A model generated the notes under the pieces. That model was not told the DNA's origin, did not search any database, and worked only from the letters and a program-made list of their open reading frames with translations. DNA of 27,835 nucleotides from a virus (taxonomy: Duplodnaviria > Caudoviricetes), in IMG/VR virus record IMGVR_UViG_3300017774_004525, positions 1 to 27,835 of that record; one strand, given 5' to 3'. Positions 27,401 through 27,835 of the stretch are shown piece by piece (the stretch's first letter is position 1; each line of letters opens with the position of its first letter). The position numbers and the translations under genes were made by a program.

Positions 27401-27835
27401 AATTTTCTTATCTCCTTATGTGCAAAACTGCTCAGTTATTTCAGTTTTAGGAGAAACTTCATATAATTCCACCACAAGAGCATACGATGCCACTAAAACT
27501 AGAGGGGGTGGATTGCTGGTTGATGGAGGTAATTTGCTATCAGACACTCCGATCAAATCGATGGTTGCTGATGCATTTACTCAAGTTGTATTTGGAAGTG
27601 TTGGATTTCACTTAAAAAATGATTCATATGCTCAGTTAGTATCAGTTTTTGAAATATTTGAAGATGTTGGTGTGCTTTGTGAATCTGGAGGATATGCTTC
27701 AGTAACTAACTCAGCTACTAACTTTGGTAACGAAGCATTAAAAGCAATTGGATATAGTCCAGTAGCATTACCATTTTATTCCAATGGTCGTATTGCTGGT
27801 ATCTTAAATATCACAAAAACTTCATTCGCAACTAC
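24453..27835 (+). CDS. Tail fiber / virion appendage protein with right-handed beta-helix (pectin-lyase-like) domain; 3'-truncated, >1127 aa; missing from the ORF track
   Basis: ATG overlaps the previous TAA (TAATG) and the frame stays open to the window end. It begins MALRNVSKSYTFEQQRQEIN and carries fiber modules (GTVTTVNSTTLTVDDKNIELG, IPKGTVAERP..GLVRFNTT), a beta-helix cap (VIYVSKNGSD..AFNTIKKA..IKVSSGNY.E) and a continuation (SPYVQNCS...SMVADAFTQ...YAQLVSVF...SVTNSATNFG). Confidence 0.9.
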   Translation, partial: MALRNVSKSYTFEQQRQEINSLALDVGDTNALTTNSKIVTVAINEIVSGNQELVNGNFSGDLTIKGGDIYLQDTATDIFIKDNVLNSLLILEGSNPYLSIDTLNGSEKIILHKNTDINGDLIVDGNITFRAGNGTGGSITLGDGNTDNVSFGADINSDIIPNSNTLNLGSSTKYWSSIFTPTISGAVNGDVTIDPNGTGDFVFRGGTSQDFIINDGATEKFKVSSVTGDTTISGNLLLTDGIKLVDNNSQSLVVKEGTNLYMSFDTSDGAEKIIIHKDLQIDGTVTTVNSTTLTVDDKNIELGSVATPSDTTANEGGITLRGATDKTIKWLQSSGSWEFNNPVKIQNALKISANSIVNENTTASDITITPGLDRVVILDTRGGLVIPKGTVAERPTTPIATSGLVRFNTTTNEIESFIDNEYVSLTDQFRYGITAPANSLGNNGDFYFDKVKQNFYGPKQGGSWPAEICIKEDKTENVIYVSKNGSDTAYDGSTPAKAFNTIKKAAEAARATTGNTTIKVSSGNYFEDNPIYLPKGTSLLGDNLRETILRPINENVDMFWVTSGCYIAQLVMRDNYGDTSNSADSLRGLGTLNAGVTPTISASTTTINVFPGHNLKNIPDVFGDGANILQYKRTDLINYAYSQLVSGYPTLVIPPTNFTAALTSGNPVVTGVSSIQGLEVGDVVTGTNITPGTTILTIDGPTQFTLSAPALATQSPAALSVPGDGKCKRDLGLLLDAVIHDLKVGGNIKSILSGESYRDANGNLQHITTEFVQTKYAIDKLRLKARDYVVDQTIIAESGFLSQFPAVTIGDCTNVQTNIDTLFGIVVSILDGADSPKYNPGPGYIVIDQEWIRVDGIIGNTITVTSGGRGAPNPVTGVSTIASQHPNGAVITQGGRIFRYAVSYPDQEGIKGSGRISLNSSTSVVIGVNTKFLSQTFVGGSIKVGNTPYVILSIQSDIQLTLATVPASSLSATIYKFIPPKERIFLSPYVQNCSVISVLGETSYNSTTRAYDATKTRGGGLLVDGGNLLSDTPIKSMVADAFTQVVFGSVGFHLKNDSYAQLVSVFEIFEDVGVLCESGGYASVTNSATNFGNEALKAIGYSPVALPFYSNGRIAGILNITKTSFAT
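26316..26945 (+). other. Phycobiliprotein-like (globin-fold) helical domain inside the fiber protein, interrupted by a 68-aa insert
   Basis: Four collinear segments match phycocyanin-type subunits as recalled: DGANIL..LI..A...L....PTLVIPPTN; KCKRDLGLLLDAVIHDLKVGG; AIDKLRLKARDYVVD; TIGDCTNVQTNIDTLF. Confidence 0.6.

Larger units (their letters stand above)
1..27835 (+). other. T4-like myophage (cyanophage-like) genome segment: small-gene region followed by the late baseplate/tail-fiber module
   Basis: Order PAAR ... gp25-gp6-gp7-gp8-DUF4815/VrlC-small ORF-fiber matches T4-like cyanophages; T4 late promoter motifs; dense same-strand genes with overlapping start/stop codons; no integrase or host genes seen. 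Confidence 0.93.

Noticed and set aside
1-27835. Genome-wide stop-codon reassignment
   Set aside because: Multi-kilobase genes are open in the standard code and end with TAA, TGA or TAG at sensible positions.

Overview
This window is a lytic T4-like myophage genome segment, most similar in gene order and motifs to T4-like cyanophages (Kyanoviridae-like; the host is inferred, not shown). All credible genes are on the + strand. Bases 1-~630 are a GC-rich stretch with small ORFs, an extended -10 promoter and interlocking repeats. The sequence then switches abruptly to AT-rich DNA. This part holds a cluster of small genes (an AbrB/MazE-like DNA-binding protein missed by the ORF track, a PAAR/gp5.4-like spike tip and several hypotheticals), followed by the late baseplate module: gp25, gp6, a 2967-aa gp7-like wedge protein, gp8, a 2841-aa DUF4815/VrlC-like structural protein and a 70-aa coiled-coil protein. 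The last gene is a >1127-aa tail-fiber/beta-helix protein (24453 to the window end) that is absent from the ORF track. T4-type late promoters (NATAAATA) precede gp25 and gp8. The most striking observation lies in the last gene: a ~210-aa segment (26316-26945) aligns by eye, in register, with phycobiliprotein subunits. It includes equivalents of both beta-subunit bilin-binding cysteines (KCxRD and TxGDC) and is nested inside two other split domains. This suggests a possibly chromophore-bearing virion appendage. All homology calls come from motif recognition from memory; no searches were run.
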